From the NCBI RefSeq assembly GCF_009914755.1, contig NC_060933.1: DNA of 64,000 nucleotides, one strand, 5' to 3'. Made by a program: the position numbers and the translations under genes. This DNA comes from the human T2T-CHM13v2.0 reference genome, Homo sapiens. The stretch's first letter is position 1; every line of letters starts with the position of its first letter. Positions 54,912-64,000 of this stretch are shown here, one piece after another. The notes beneath the pieces are model-generated. The model saw only the letters and a program-made list of their open reading frames with translations, did no database searches and was not told the origin of the DNA.

Positions 54912-55640
54912 ATAATGCTGCAAACTTCAGCTCAAGAATTGAATTTAACCTCCCAATAGATTTTGTTCTACCCCATGGGGATTTGAGTATATTGTTTTAA
55001 TTTCTTGGAATGGAATGGAATTGAATGGAATGCAATAGAATGGAATGGAATCAACTCGAGTGGAATGGAATGGAATGGAATGGAATGGAATGGAATTGAA
55101 TGGAATGCAAGAGAATGGAATGGAATCAACTCTAGTGGCATGGAATGGAATGGAATGGAATGGAATGGAATGCAATAGAATGGAATGGAATCAACTCGAG
55201 AGGAATGGAATGGAATGGAATGGAATGGAATGGAATGGAATGGAATGGAGTGGAAAGGAATGGAATGCATTTAAACTGAATGGATCCGAAAAGAATGGAT
55301 TGGAATGGAGTGGAATGAAGTGGCCTTGAATGCAATAGAATGGAATGGAATCAACATGAGTGGATTGGAATGGAAAGGAATGGAATGGAATGCAACGGAA
55401 TGGAATGGAATGGAATGGAATGGAATGGAATGGCATCTGAAAATCAGGAGTTGTTATATACATATCTGAATATTGGGCTTCTTTTGAAACATGAGCAGTT
55501 GGGGTAGAGATGGTTTCTGTAATGCCCTTTAGTTGGACTTACTTACTCCAGTTAACCACAGTCTCCATCCCTCCCTATTTCTTCCGTGTTACCAGATCAC
55601 TCCATTCATTTACGTGACTTCCTTGGCCTCTAGACTTTTT
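54912..55640 (+). mobile_element. MER102-like hAT DNA transposon split by a satellite insertion
   Basis: Left GCTGCAAACT..TTTTGTT..TGTTTTAATTTCTTGGAAT; right CATCTGAAAATCAGGAG..GGCTTCTTTTGAAA..CCCTTTAG..CTCCAGTTAACCACAGTCTCCATCCCTCCCTATT; colinear with recalled consensus. Confidence 0.6.
55006..55436 (+). repeat. Human Satellite 3-type (GGAAT)n block
   Basis: ~85 pentamer-equivalents with recurrent TGCAATAGAATGGAATGGAATCAACTCGAG-type units at 55031, 55106, 55171, 55331. Confidence 0.93.
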
Positions 55641-56521
55641 ATATTTGCAGCCTTAATTCTATCTCATCCACATATTTTATTGAAATTATTGTCTCATGGG
55701 TCAGTCTCCTGTCTCAGCAGCAGAGGATGTGTCTTCTTGACCCCTGGATTTCCAGCCCCTAGCATAGTGTCTGGCTCACAGTAGGTGCTCAGGAAATGTT
55801 TGCTGAGCTTATCATGGCATGACACTGCGTGAGACTAACAAGGAGAGAAAGAAAACAGAAGGGAAAGTGGGCAGTAAAGACAGACTCTGAGATTGGCTAA
55901 CCTCTGTAGTGCAGTCAAAGGTGCAATCATAAATGCTGGCTTTCTTGCTTTCTTCCCACAGATTTGCTCACACCCCCCAATGCCTCACCTGGCTATGTGG
56001 GAAGACACTGGATAGAGAGGAGCAGCAATGCTTCATCTTCCTCACCTTGACCCAGAAAATTAGAAGCAAGAACTTGGTGATCTCCAGGCTAGAAGTGGTA
56101 CAACAAGGAGCAGAGCCCCTGGTGAAAGGTACCTGGAGGGCGCAAGGAACAGATTGGCAAAGAGCAGAGAGGATGGGCAGGCTCTGTGAGAGGTGAGCAT
56201 CATACAGGAACCCACAGAGAGAGCAGGGCATAGTGTCTGTGTGTGGTGTAGGCAGCCCTCATTAGGAGAGACAGGCCTGTGTAAGGAGGAAGCATTTAGG
56301 GGCAGCATAGTGGATAGCCAGGAGAAGTGGGCATCTGGGATCAAATCCTTGCTGCATGCTGGCTGGACGTGTGACTTTGAGCAGGTTAATTGACCCCCTC
56401 TGGTCCTGTCTCCTAGTCTATAAAATGGGGACAATAATGATATTCACCTCATAGGGATATTGCATGGATTAAATGAGATAATGCATGTTAAGTGCCTGGC
56501 ATGTGTTTACTTAATGCACTC

Positions 56522-56944
56522 TATATTAGTTTTCTATGGTTGCCAGAACAAATTACTACAAACCGGGTGGCTTAAAAGAACAGAAAGCTATTCACTCACA
56601 GTTTCAGAGGCCAGAAGCCCCAAATCAAGGTGTCTGCAGAATACAGTCTTCTGGGGCTCTAGGGGAGAATTTGTTATTCCTTGGCTTGGGGCTGCATCAC
56701 TCCAATCTCTTTACATGCCATCTCCATCTTTACGTGACCATTTCCTACATGTGTCTGTGCCTTTTCTTCTGACTCTTATAAGGATACTTGCCATTGATTT
56801 AGGGCCCACCTGGTAATACAGGATGATCTCATCCCAAGATCCCTAACTTAATTAAATTAGCAAAGTCCCTTTTTCCAAATGAGGTCACATTTGCAGATTC
56901 TGGGATACGGATGTATCTTTTGAGCCACCATTCAACCTATTACA
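56522..56944 (-). mobile_element. MLT1B/C-type solo LTR, adjacent to MIR 56300-56521
   Basis: TATTAGTTTTCTAT..GGTGGCTTAAAA..TTTAGGGCCCACC..TTTTTCCAAATGAGGTCACATT..ATTCAACCTATTACA. Confidence 0.85.
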
Positions 56945-57220
56945 ATACCTAAGTACTGAGTGCTTTCTGTAAGCCAGAACTTGATATGTGTTATTTGATC
57001 AGTTGCTTAAGCTAAATCTTGGAGAATAGCATTCTGGGTTCCTTGGGACCTGATCCTGTTTTCCCAAGTAATAAGAGGGTACCATGTGGGTGCTATGATT
57101 AGTGACCAAAGGAAGTTGGTTGACGTAGTTTCTAGATTCTCTGGCTTCCCTCCTCAGTCTTTTTCCCTGCATCCTGACTTAGGCCACATACAATATTTTT
57201 TCCTTTCTCTGCAAAACGTC

Positions 57221-57644
57221 TGTGGTAGGCATTTTTATGCTGTCCAGATCCCCCTTCAAGAAATGACTTTTAGTCCCAGCGGCTTGGAGTATTGTCATCG
57301 GCCTTCAACTTCTGATCCTCCCCAGTGCAGAGAGCTGCCTCACTGGAGATCACTTCTGTCCCAGCATAGGCCACAACCAGTGACAGATGGAGACAGCAGT
57401 ACAAATGCCCTTTCATTTCAGCCTAACATGAGACAAGTTAGATAGGCCATTTTAACTCCATAGTTCCTTGGGGGATTGAAAGAAGCTTTGTGGGATTTGC
57501 ATTGCAACTCCAATTCTCCCTCCACCCTTTCCTGCTTCCTCTCCCTCCCTTCCATGGCACTGATCCCAAGGTACTCCTGATTAAACACCCTGCACATTAA
57601 ACTTCAAATCAGAGTCTGCTTCCCAGACATTCTAACTTGTGCCA
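57221..57644 (+). mobile_element. ERVL LTR16C-like solo LTR
   Basis: TGTGGTAGG..GCAGAGAGCTGCCTC..TTGCATTGCA..ATTAAACACCCTGCAC..CAGAGTCTGCTTCC. Confidence 0.75.
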
Positions 57645-58094
57645 ATGTCTAAGGATCATATATTCTTGGGATCAAACAATTATATGCAAAATAGAAAATT
57701 TGGTCTGAGTTTGTACTTATGTATGATTCTGTTCCCATAGGTGGCAATACACAATGTCACGTTAAGGTTGTAAATCATATTTTAAATTTTGGAAGGATCT
57801 CTTTAGGGCTTTGAAGTTTTTCATTTTCCTATGACTTAGAACATACGACATGAATCTAAGGCAATTCTAAAACTTTGAAATACTCCTTAAGTATCTGGAA
57901 AAAGGAGCACCAGTTTGATTGTTGCTGAAAACTTCTTTAGTTGAAAATAATGTTTTGAGGTTTCGACTGGATGTATAACTGTCTTTGAATTTTTAGTTAA
58001 GTAGTGTGATGAAATTCATCAGATATTTAGCACCATCTGTGATCAAGAAGTCAAAAAAAAAAAAGAATATAAGACCCAAGTGAGAGAAGTCCTG

Positions 58095-58310
58095 TACTGG
58101 TTGAGAAAATAGGCTTTTGGAATAAAGCAGATCTGGGTTTGAGTTTTGTCTCTACTGTCCACAGTCACTGAACTCTGTGCCTCAGTTTCCCCATCTATTA
58201 AATGGGGATAATGAACATATTTATCCTGTAGAGATTTTGTGAAGCTTAAATGAGATTATCTACATAAAACATTTATAATGGTAAACACAATAAATGTTAT
58301 TATTAGCTAC
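58095..58310 (+). mobile_element. MIR
   Basis: CTCTGTGCCTCAGTTTCCCCATCTATTAAATGGGGATAATG. Confidence 0.8.
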
Positions 58311-58479
58311 TACCTGAGGCAAAGCATATAAATAAAAAAAGATACATATACACCAAATAGCACACACTAATGAATAAATTTTTGACCATTTGAATCATTG
58401 TTTACAGAAAACACATGAAAATTTGTTCCTACCTTTAAAAAAGGATTCCAGATATATTTTCCTTATTAGGGAGAAGGTT

Positions 58480-59780
58480 ACTAATTTTCTAATACTGAAA
58501 GTGACATCTGAGTGAAGACCTCATTAGGCGGTGAGTTGTGTGGCTCTTTGTGGAAGAGCATTTTGAGCAGAAAGAACAGCCAGTGCAAAATTCTGAAAGG
58601 ATAGCTGGACTGTGTTTGAGGATCAGCCAAGAGGTCTGTGTGGCTAGAGAAGAGTAAGCAGGGTGATTGAAGTCAGAGAAATAAGAGGGTGGGGCTGGGT
58701 GCAGTGGCTCACGCCTGTAATCGCAGCACTTCGGGAGTCCGAGGCAGGTGGATCATGAGGTCAAGAGATTGAAACCATCCTGGCCAACATGGTGAAACCC
58801 TGTCTCTACTAAAAATACAAAAATTAGCTGGGCGTGGTGTCACACGCCTGTAATCCCAGCTACTTGGGAGGCTGAGGCAGGAGAATTGCTTGAACCTGGG
58901 AGGTGGACTTTGCAGTGAACAGAGATCGCACTCCAGCCTGGTGACAGGGTGGGATTCTGTCTCAAAAAAAGAAAAAGAAGGAAAGCAAGAAAAGAAAGAA
59001 AAGGGTGGAGCAGGTCCTATAGGGCCTGGTTGGTCATCGTGAAGACTTTGGACTTTACTAAATGACTTGGGAACTTGTTGGGTCTTGAGCTAAGGAGTGA
59101 CATGGCCCAATTTCTGTATTAAAAGGATAACCCTGACTAGTGTGTTCAGAATAGAGTAGGGTGGGCAGGGCAGAAAATGAAGGGAGACCGTGGTCAGGAG
59201 GCCACTGCGGTATCCCAGGTTGATGGCAAGGGCAGCTTGGACCAACCAAGGCATCACCACCATGGGCACAGAGCATGGTCAGCATCTGCTGTGTTTTGAA
59301 TCCTGAGCTGATAGAAATTGGCAATGTCTGACAGGAACGGATGAGCTGAAGATGCCTCCAAGTTTTCTCTCCTGAACAACTGGAGGAAAATAGTTCTTTT
59401 ACTGAGATGAGGAAGACACAGGGGACGGGCAGGTTTGGCAAGAAATATGCAGCCTTCATGTTGGGACCTGTTAAGTATGAAATAGCTCTGAAGCATCCGA
59501 TTGGAAATGTTGAGGTGGCAATGAGATCGAAGAGTCTGGCGTTAGTGAGTAGTCTGGGTTAGAAATATAAATGTGGGAGTTATCAGGCTATCATTGGTAT
59601 CTAAAACTATGAGACTTGAGGACAGCATTGAGGGGCTGGATAGAGAAAGAAACAGGAGTGACAGGGAAGAACTTGGAGGCACTCTCATGTTAAGGGGTTA
59701 CAGAGGTAACGCAAAGAGGCCGAGAAGCGGCGGCCAATGAAAGACCAGGAAACCCAGCGGTCTGGAAGCCAGGTGAAGGC
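58480..59780 (-). mobile_element. L2 LINE fragment interrupted by Alu
   Basis: AAAGTGACATCTGAG..GAAGACTTTGGACTTTAC..GAGGAGTGACATG..TATAAATGTGGGAGTTATCAG motifs. Confidence 0.75.
58693..59001 (+). mobile_element. AluSc
   Basis: GGTCAAGAGATTGAAACCATCCTGGCCAACATGG diagnostic; flanking AGGGTGG repeat. Confidence 0.9.
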
Positions 59781-59824
59781 ATGGGAGCAGGTTGAACTGA
59801 TGGCTCAACTGGAGTTTGTTAGGC

Positions 59825-59990
59825 CAGTGGTCCTCAAAGTATTGTTCCAAACCCGCTGCGGCAGCAGCAGCCTCTGGAAACTTATTAGGGACGTGCAGCC
59901 TCTCAGGCCCACTCCAGAGCTACTGGATCGGAAACGGAGGGTGAGGCCCTTCAGCAGATTCTGATGCACCCTCAGGTTTTAAAACCACTG
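59825..59990. mobile_element. MER5A hAT MITE
   Basis: Terminal inverted repeats CAGTGGTCCTCAAA..TTTAAAACCACTG. Confidence 0.8.
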
Positions 59991-60033
59991 CCCTCCTCAC
60001 AAAATTGCCTGCACAAAATTATAAATGGGAGAA

Positions 60034-60072
60034 AGGAGGAGGAGGAGGAGGAAGAGGAGGGGAGGAAGAAGA
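60034..60072. repeat. (GGA)n purine-rich low-complexity tract
   Basis: Direct read. Confidence 0.85.
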
Positions 60073-60993
60073 ACTCTTTACAAGAAAAGAATATTGTTGG
60101 AGACCCACTTAGTGCCCAAAGCAAACAGCTTCCTCAGAAGTAACTCCCTCCCCAACAACCCCCTCCCAGTGTAAAGCCTCCCATTAATCAATCTATCATG
60201 GCTCTTTGGAGAGAAGGAATGCCCCCATTTCACCGGACGGAGGGAATGCTGAGCACCAGGCATGCCAGACATTCCACCGGCTAAAAAAAGTGGGGGTGGT
60301 ATTCCAGGGTTAGCATTGCTGGACCGTAAACGCTGAAACTCCTTAGATATAAAGCTTATTCCACCCAACCGTTTCCAAATTTTCCTCCAGGCTGTCCTTG
60401 GAGAATTCCACCCTCTTTCATTCTGGGGAGAAGAAGTTAAAATTAGGGCCAGCCCTGCGGGACTGACATGCCAGATGCAGGGAAGCTGTCCCCAGAAATA
60501 AGCGAGTTCCCACCGCGGCTGGGCGGGGCGGGAGCCTCGGGTCCCAACCCAGCGGAGGGACTCCTGGAAGGCCTGCCCCTTCCAAGTGTCTGCAAGGGCT
60601 CTGGTCCCAAGCTTTAAAATCCTGAGCGAAGGCACTGCGGGCCGACCTCTCCTCTCCCAGCCAGTCGTGGCTGGCCTTTCAAAGTGTGCAGTTGTCTCCT
60701 CCCTGTCCAGCCCCATCGTCGCCCAGGACCAGCTGGGCCGCGGTCTGACCTGAGGCTGCTGCTCAGCGCCGGGGCGCTGGCGCTCTCCATTCGAGCACCT
60801 TCCAGCATACCGCTCGGCTCCGGGAGCCGCTCTGCAAAGTTGGGCAGCTCAGAGCGCAAGCTTTGCCTCTCGACTTCTCCCTCCTTGGGTCCCCGGCGCC
60901 CCCGCCTCCCACGATCCCTTTCACTAGGAGCAGCCAGTCCCAGCGGGCTGGCAACTTGCACCCCTTCCTAGTCATCCTCCCTGAAACGCGACC

Positions 60994-61027
60994 ATGCTGT
61001 TAAGGGGCGTCCTCCTGGCGTTGCAAG
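60994..61027 (+). CDS. MAMDC2: MAMDC2 coding exon 1 (signal peptide start MLLRGVLLALQ)
   Basis: ACCATGC Kozak context, in-frame TGA at 60982-60984, donor AAG|GTAAGG at 61028; N-terminus recognised as MAMDC2. Confidence 0.93.
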
Positions 61028-61373
61028 GTAAGGCCTGGACCCCGGGACAACCCCGGGGGCGCTCTGACGACTCGCCCCCGCTCCTGCTGCCCCCGGGGGT
61101 CCGGCTCACCGTGCTGGGCTGGGCCATCCGAGGGCGCCTCCTGATCCTCCGCAGCCGCTAACTCCCTCCCCTGGCCAAGCCTGGGGTGGGGGTGGGCGTG
61201 GGGTCGCTCAGTGGAGGCGCCCGGGGATGCTGGGGGACAGGTACTGCATCCCTCTCCCGCCCCCTCCCGCTCGTCTTTCCCCCACTTTCACCAGGTAGTC
61301 CCCCTGGGGCTCCCCGAGTTGGTGCAAAGGCTCCTGGGTGGAGCTCGAACTGAAACTCGCTTTGTGCCCGCAG

Positions 61374-61487
61374 CCCTGCAGCTCGCCGGTGCCCTCGACC
61401 TGCCCGCTGGGTCCTGTGCCTTTGAAGAGAGCACTTGCGGCTTTGACTCCGTGTTGGCCTCTCTGCCGTGGATTTTAAATGAGGAAG
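61374..61487 (+). CDS. MAMDC2: MAMDC2 exon 2 (end of signal peptide, start of first MAM domain)
   Basis: Acceptor TTTGTGCCCGCAG|, 114 nt, phase 1-1, encodes ALQLAGALDLPAGSCAFEESTCGFDSVLASLPWILNEE (MAM C-x-F-E..C-G-F..W signature), donor AAG|GTAAGG; gene continues beyond window. Confidence 0.95.
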
Positions 61488-62899
61488 GTAAGGAGGCTCG
61501 GTGGAGAGGGGCGCGAAGTGAACTTTCTTCCTTGATGGCTTGCTTTTTTTTCCCACATGGGTAATGTTATCTTGGAGTTAATTCTCCGCGGCAAGAAAAG
61601 TGTGAGTCATGGATCCTCCTTCAAGCCCTCAGCTGTGCTGCAAGGGATGGCCGAGGCAGGAACGGGGCGGGCGGGAGGCCGCCCTTTGTTTACCTGGCCT
61701 ATGGGTAGAAGCTTAAAATTTGCGTCTCACCCCAGCACTCCTTAATGGAAGGGAGAAACGGAGCACAGCTAATGATTGTTCTCCGCTGTGGGCCTCTGCA
61801 GGCACACCAGCTGTGTGCCTCTGCAGGCCAGCAACCTTTCTGGTCCTCAGGAGACATGTCTGTGAGTTGGGAAAAGTTGCATGGGACTAGTTCTCCTTCA
61901 GCTTTGCAGAAATGGTTCCACAATTCTGTGATGGGACGTCAGTGCTAAGACATCACGTCTGCCTTGACCCTGACAGTGTTTTTTGCTGCATGATTTCATC
62001 CTCACACTCCTGTTTGTAATCCTGCCCTGGACAAAAGAAACCATGTACACTGCCAAATGCCTGGGGTCCCTGTCTCACTGGTGGTCATTGTCTTACTACT
62101 CTATACTGTTTGGGTCCCAAGGACAAAGTTTAAATGTGGGGTCTTCTGAAGTGTCATCTTGCCTTTATATAGTTTTTTTTGTTTTTTGTTTTAAAGTGTG
62201 GTTCTCAGTACCCAATGGCAGGCGGCACTGGGTGTCCCTTCTTTCCTTTCTCTCTCTTTTGTCACCACCAGTGAAGCCTGATGCCCACAGACTATTTGGA
62301 TTGGAAAATAGCCTTCTTTAAAAAACATGGTACCCTAGATGAAACCAGCTCACCTCCTTCCCCACTCAATTGTCCTCAGGCCGCAGATCCTCCCACCTCG
62401 CTCCCTGGGGGAGGATGGAGCCCGGAACCCCTAGTTAGATGTATGAACTGTCACCACAGCTCACTCTGCCCCAGGCTTCTACTCAGGGTTCTGCATACAT
62501 TAGCTTCTCTGACCCTCACAGGTAGGTGATGTTGGACCCGTTTTACAGAGGAAGGAATCTCAGCCATAGAATATTCAAATGGCTAGTCCATATCACAGTG
62601 TCACTGAGTGGCTAACTCTGAGTGTCTAGTTAGGAAGAAACAGGAAGGAACTGGTTCAGTAGTAATCTCCATCTTTATCCAACAATTGCCAAGTCTTGAC
62701 TACTACAGTCTACTTAGGGGTGGCTGGGAAAAAGCAATTCTTGATTTATTATTCGAGGGATTCCTATCTTGCTGATGGCTTTAGGAAAGTCTCTGTAATC
62801 TTGCCACTCACCCTTTCCCTATACTGGCTGTATGGAAGCATTGCGGGAGATGGCCTTAGAAATGCCACGAGACTGGCTTTGGAGAGCACACTCCTCCAG

Positions 62900-63070
62900 C
62901 ACGGGGCTTCTCAAACCTCAGCTGCATCAGAATCACCTGGTGGGCTTGTAAGACACAGATTGCTGGGCCCCACTCCCTGAGTGTCTGATTCAGGGGGCCT
63001 GAGAATTTCTAACAAGTTCCCAGGTGATGCTGATGATGCTGGTCTCGGGACTACACTTTGAGAACTGCCG
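62900..63070. mobile_element. MER5A hAT MITE in MAMDC2 intron 2
   Basis: TTCTCAAAC..GCATCAGAATCACCTGG..TTCTAACAAGTTCCCAGGTGATGCTGATG..CACTTTGAGAAC. Confidence 0.85.
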
Positions 63071-64000
63071 ACTTCCACAGTCTGTGTACACACACACACA
63101 ACCTGTGCTGTTGTTGGCTCTGAGTAGGTCTGGCACTAGGGTGAAGGAGCTACTTGCAGGACCCGAGAGTGAACAGCTACTTAAGTCTTGTTCCCTAAGC
63201 ACTTGGCTTGCCTCATCCTAGTGCTGGCCCTGAGAAAAGGAAATCAACATCATTCCTTAAGCCAGGAGCCTTAGTTAGTCTCTGAGTTCCTGCCTCCGGC
63301 CCTCTGTCAGGATGGGGGCCCCCTCACAGCCTGCCTCTGGTCAGTGGGCATGCCACAGCCTGCTGAACACAACTGCCTCCCAGACCCACAGGAAGTCTCT
63401 CTGCTGAGTTGGCACCTCTGCCCCAGGACAGCAGTTAAACCATCCCCCTTCAGGGAAAACAGGAAGATGCTTATAGAAAAAGGTGATTACAGTTTAATAG
63501 TATAACGAAGGCACTGTGGCTTTGCTTTCTGCATTCTTTCTAACAACCACTGCTTTCTGGCTCAGGACTGGGACTACTGGGTTGGCTGGCGGAAGTTAAT
63601 TCATTCTCCTCTGAGCACTCCAGGGTGGAGCAGGCAGGTTAGGCTCCAGTTGTTCCAGCTTCAGTTTGTCAAAGGCCAGAACTTGGACGTAACAGTGTAC
63701 TGCAGGCTCCAGGGCAGTGAGGTAGGTGTGTGGCAGTTGCTGTGGTTGCCTAAGAAGACATCGCTAAGAATTTCCCTTATAAGCCCATTTCTAGGTTGGT
63801 AAATTAAAGATAATAAAATTCTTCCAGGCTGAAATTTGGCAAGCTGTTCACAAGCTTCTCTGCAAATGCACTTCTTCCTGCAGAAACCCTTTGAAACTGG
63901 TTCCATGGTTCCATTCACCTTCATGTACTGGATCCACCATGGAAAGTAGTGGGTTTCAGAGACTTTTGCCCACATGCACTTCTTTTTTTTTTTTTTCTTT

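Larger units (their letters stand above)
60200..61700 (+). promoter_or_regulatory. MAMDC2: MAMDC2 promoter / CpG island
   Basis: Sharp rise in GC and CpG from ~60480; GC boxes GGGCGGGGCGGG 60521-60532; TATAAAG 60348-60354; TTTAAAA 60613-60619; TEAD-type motifs 60215-60276; AP-1 TGAGTCA 61603-61609. Confidence 0.85.

Noticed and set aside
55006-55436. CRISPR-like look of recurring CAACTCGAG units
   Set aside because: The intervening sequence is GGAAT repeat rather than unique spacers; eukaryotic context and no cas genes
54945-55463. ORFs of (HSIPF)n / (MEWNG)n peptides
   Set aside because: Translations of the GGAAT pentamer repeat; no splice or promoter evidence
60078-60716. 212-aa antisense ORF over the promoter
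   Set aside because: No recognisable domain; long frames are expected in GC-rich DNA; would need Ribo-seq or conservation support
61211-61564. 117-aa ORF as a single-exon gene
   Set aside because: It is MAMDC2 exon 2 read through into flanking introns from a GTG; canonical splice sites define 61374-61487

Overview
Primate (almost certainly human) genomic DNA, not prokaryotic. About 60 kb is gene-free and repeat-dense. It runs into the CpG-island promoter and first two coding exons of MAMDC2 (MAM domain-containing 2, + strand; from memory chr9q21), with ATG at 60994, coding exon 1 at 60994-61027 and exon 2 at 61374-61487. The upstream region holds about 13 Alu/FLAM copies, many with readable target-site duplications (TSDs). 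It also holds L1, L2 and MIR fragments, several ERVL/MaLR/ERV1 solo LTRs, and a full-length THE1 provirus nested in an L1. DNA transposons include a full-length Hsmar2 mariner with a decayed transposase, an intact MADE1 hairpin and hAT elements. Most listed ORFs are repeat-derived or chance. No tRNA, rRNA or CRISPR array was seen, and I cannot demonstrate a new biological system from sequence alone. The most unusual object is a ~430-bp block of Human Satellite 3-type (GGAAT)n with internal structure. It appears inserted without a TSD into an old MER102-like transposon ~5 kb upstream of a MAMDC2 promoter that carries clustered TEAD (M-CAT) motifs, making it a testable candidate for a satellite-derived regulatory element. 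Repeat subfamily names come from recalled consensus sequences, and boundaries of old repeats are approximate.
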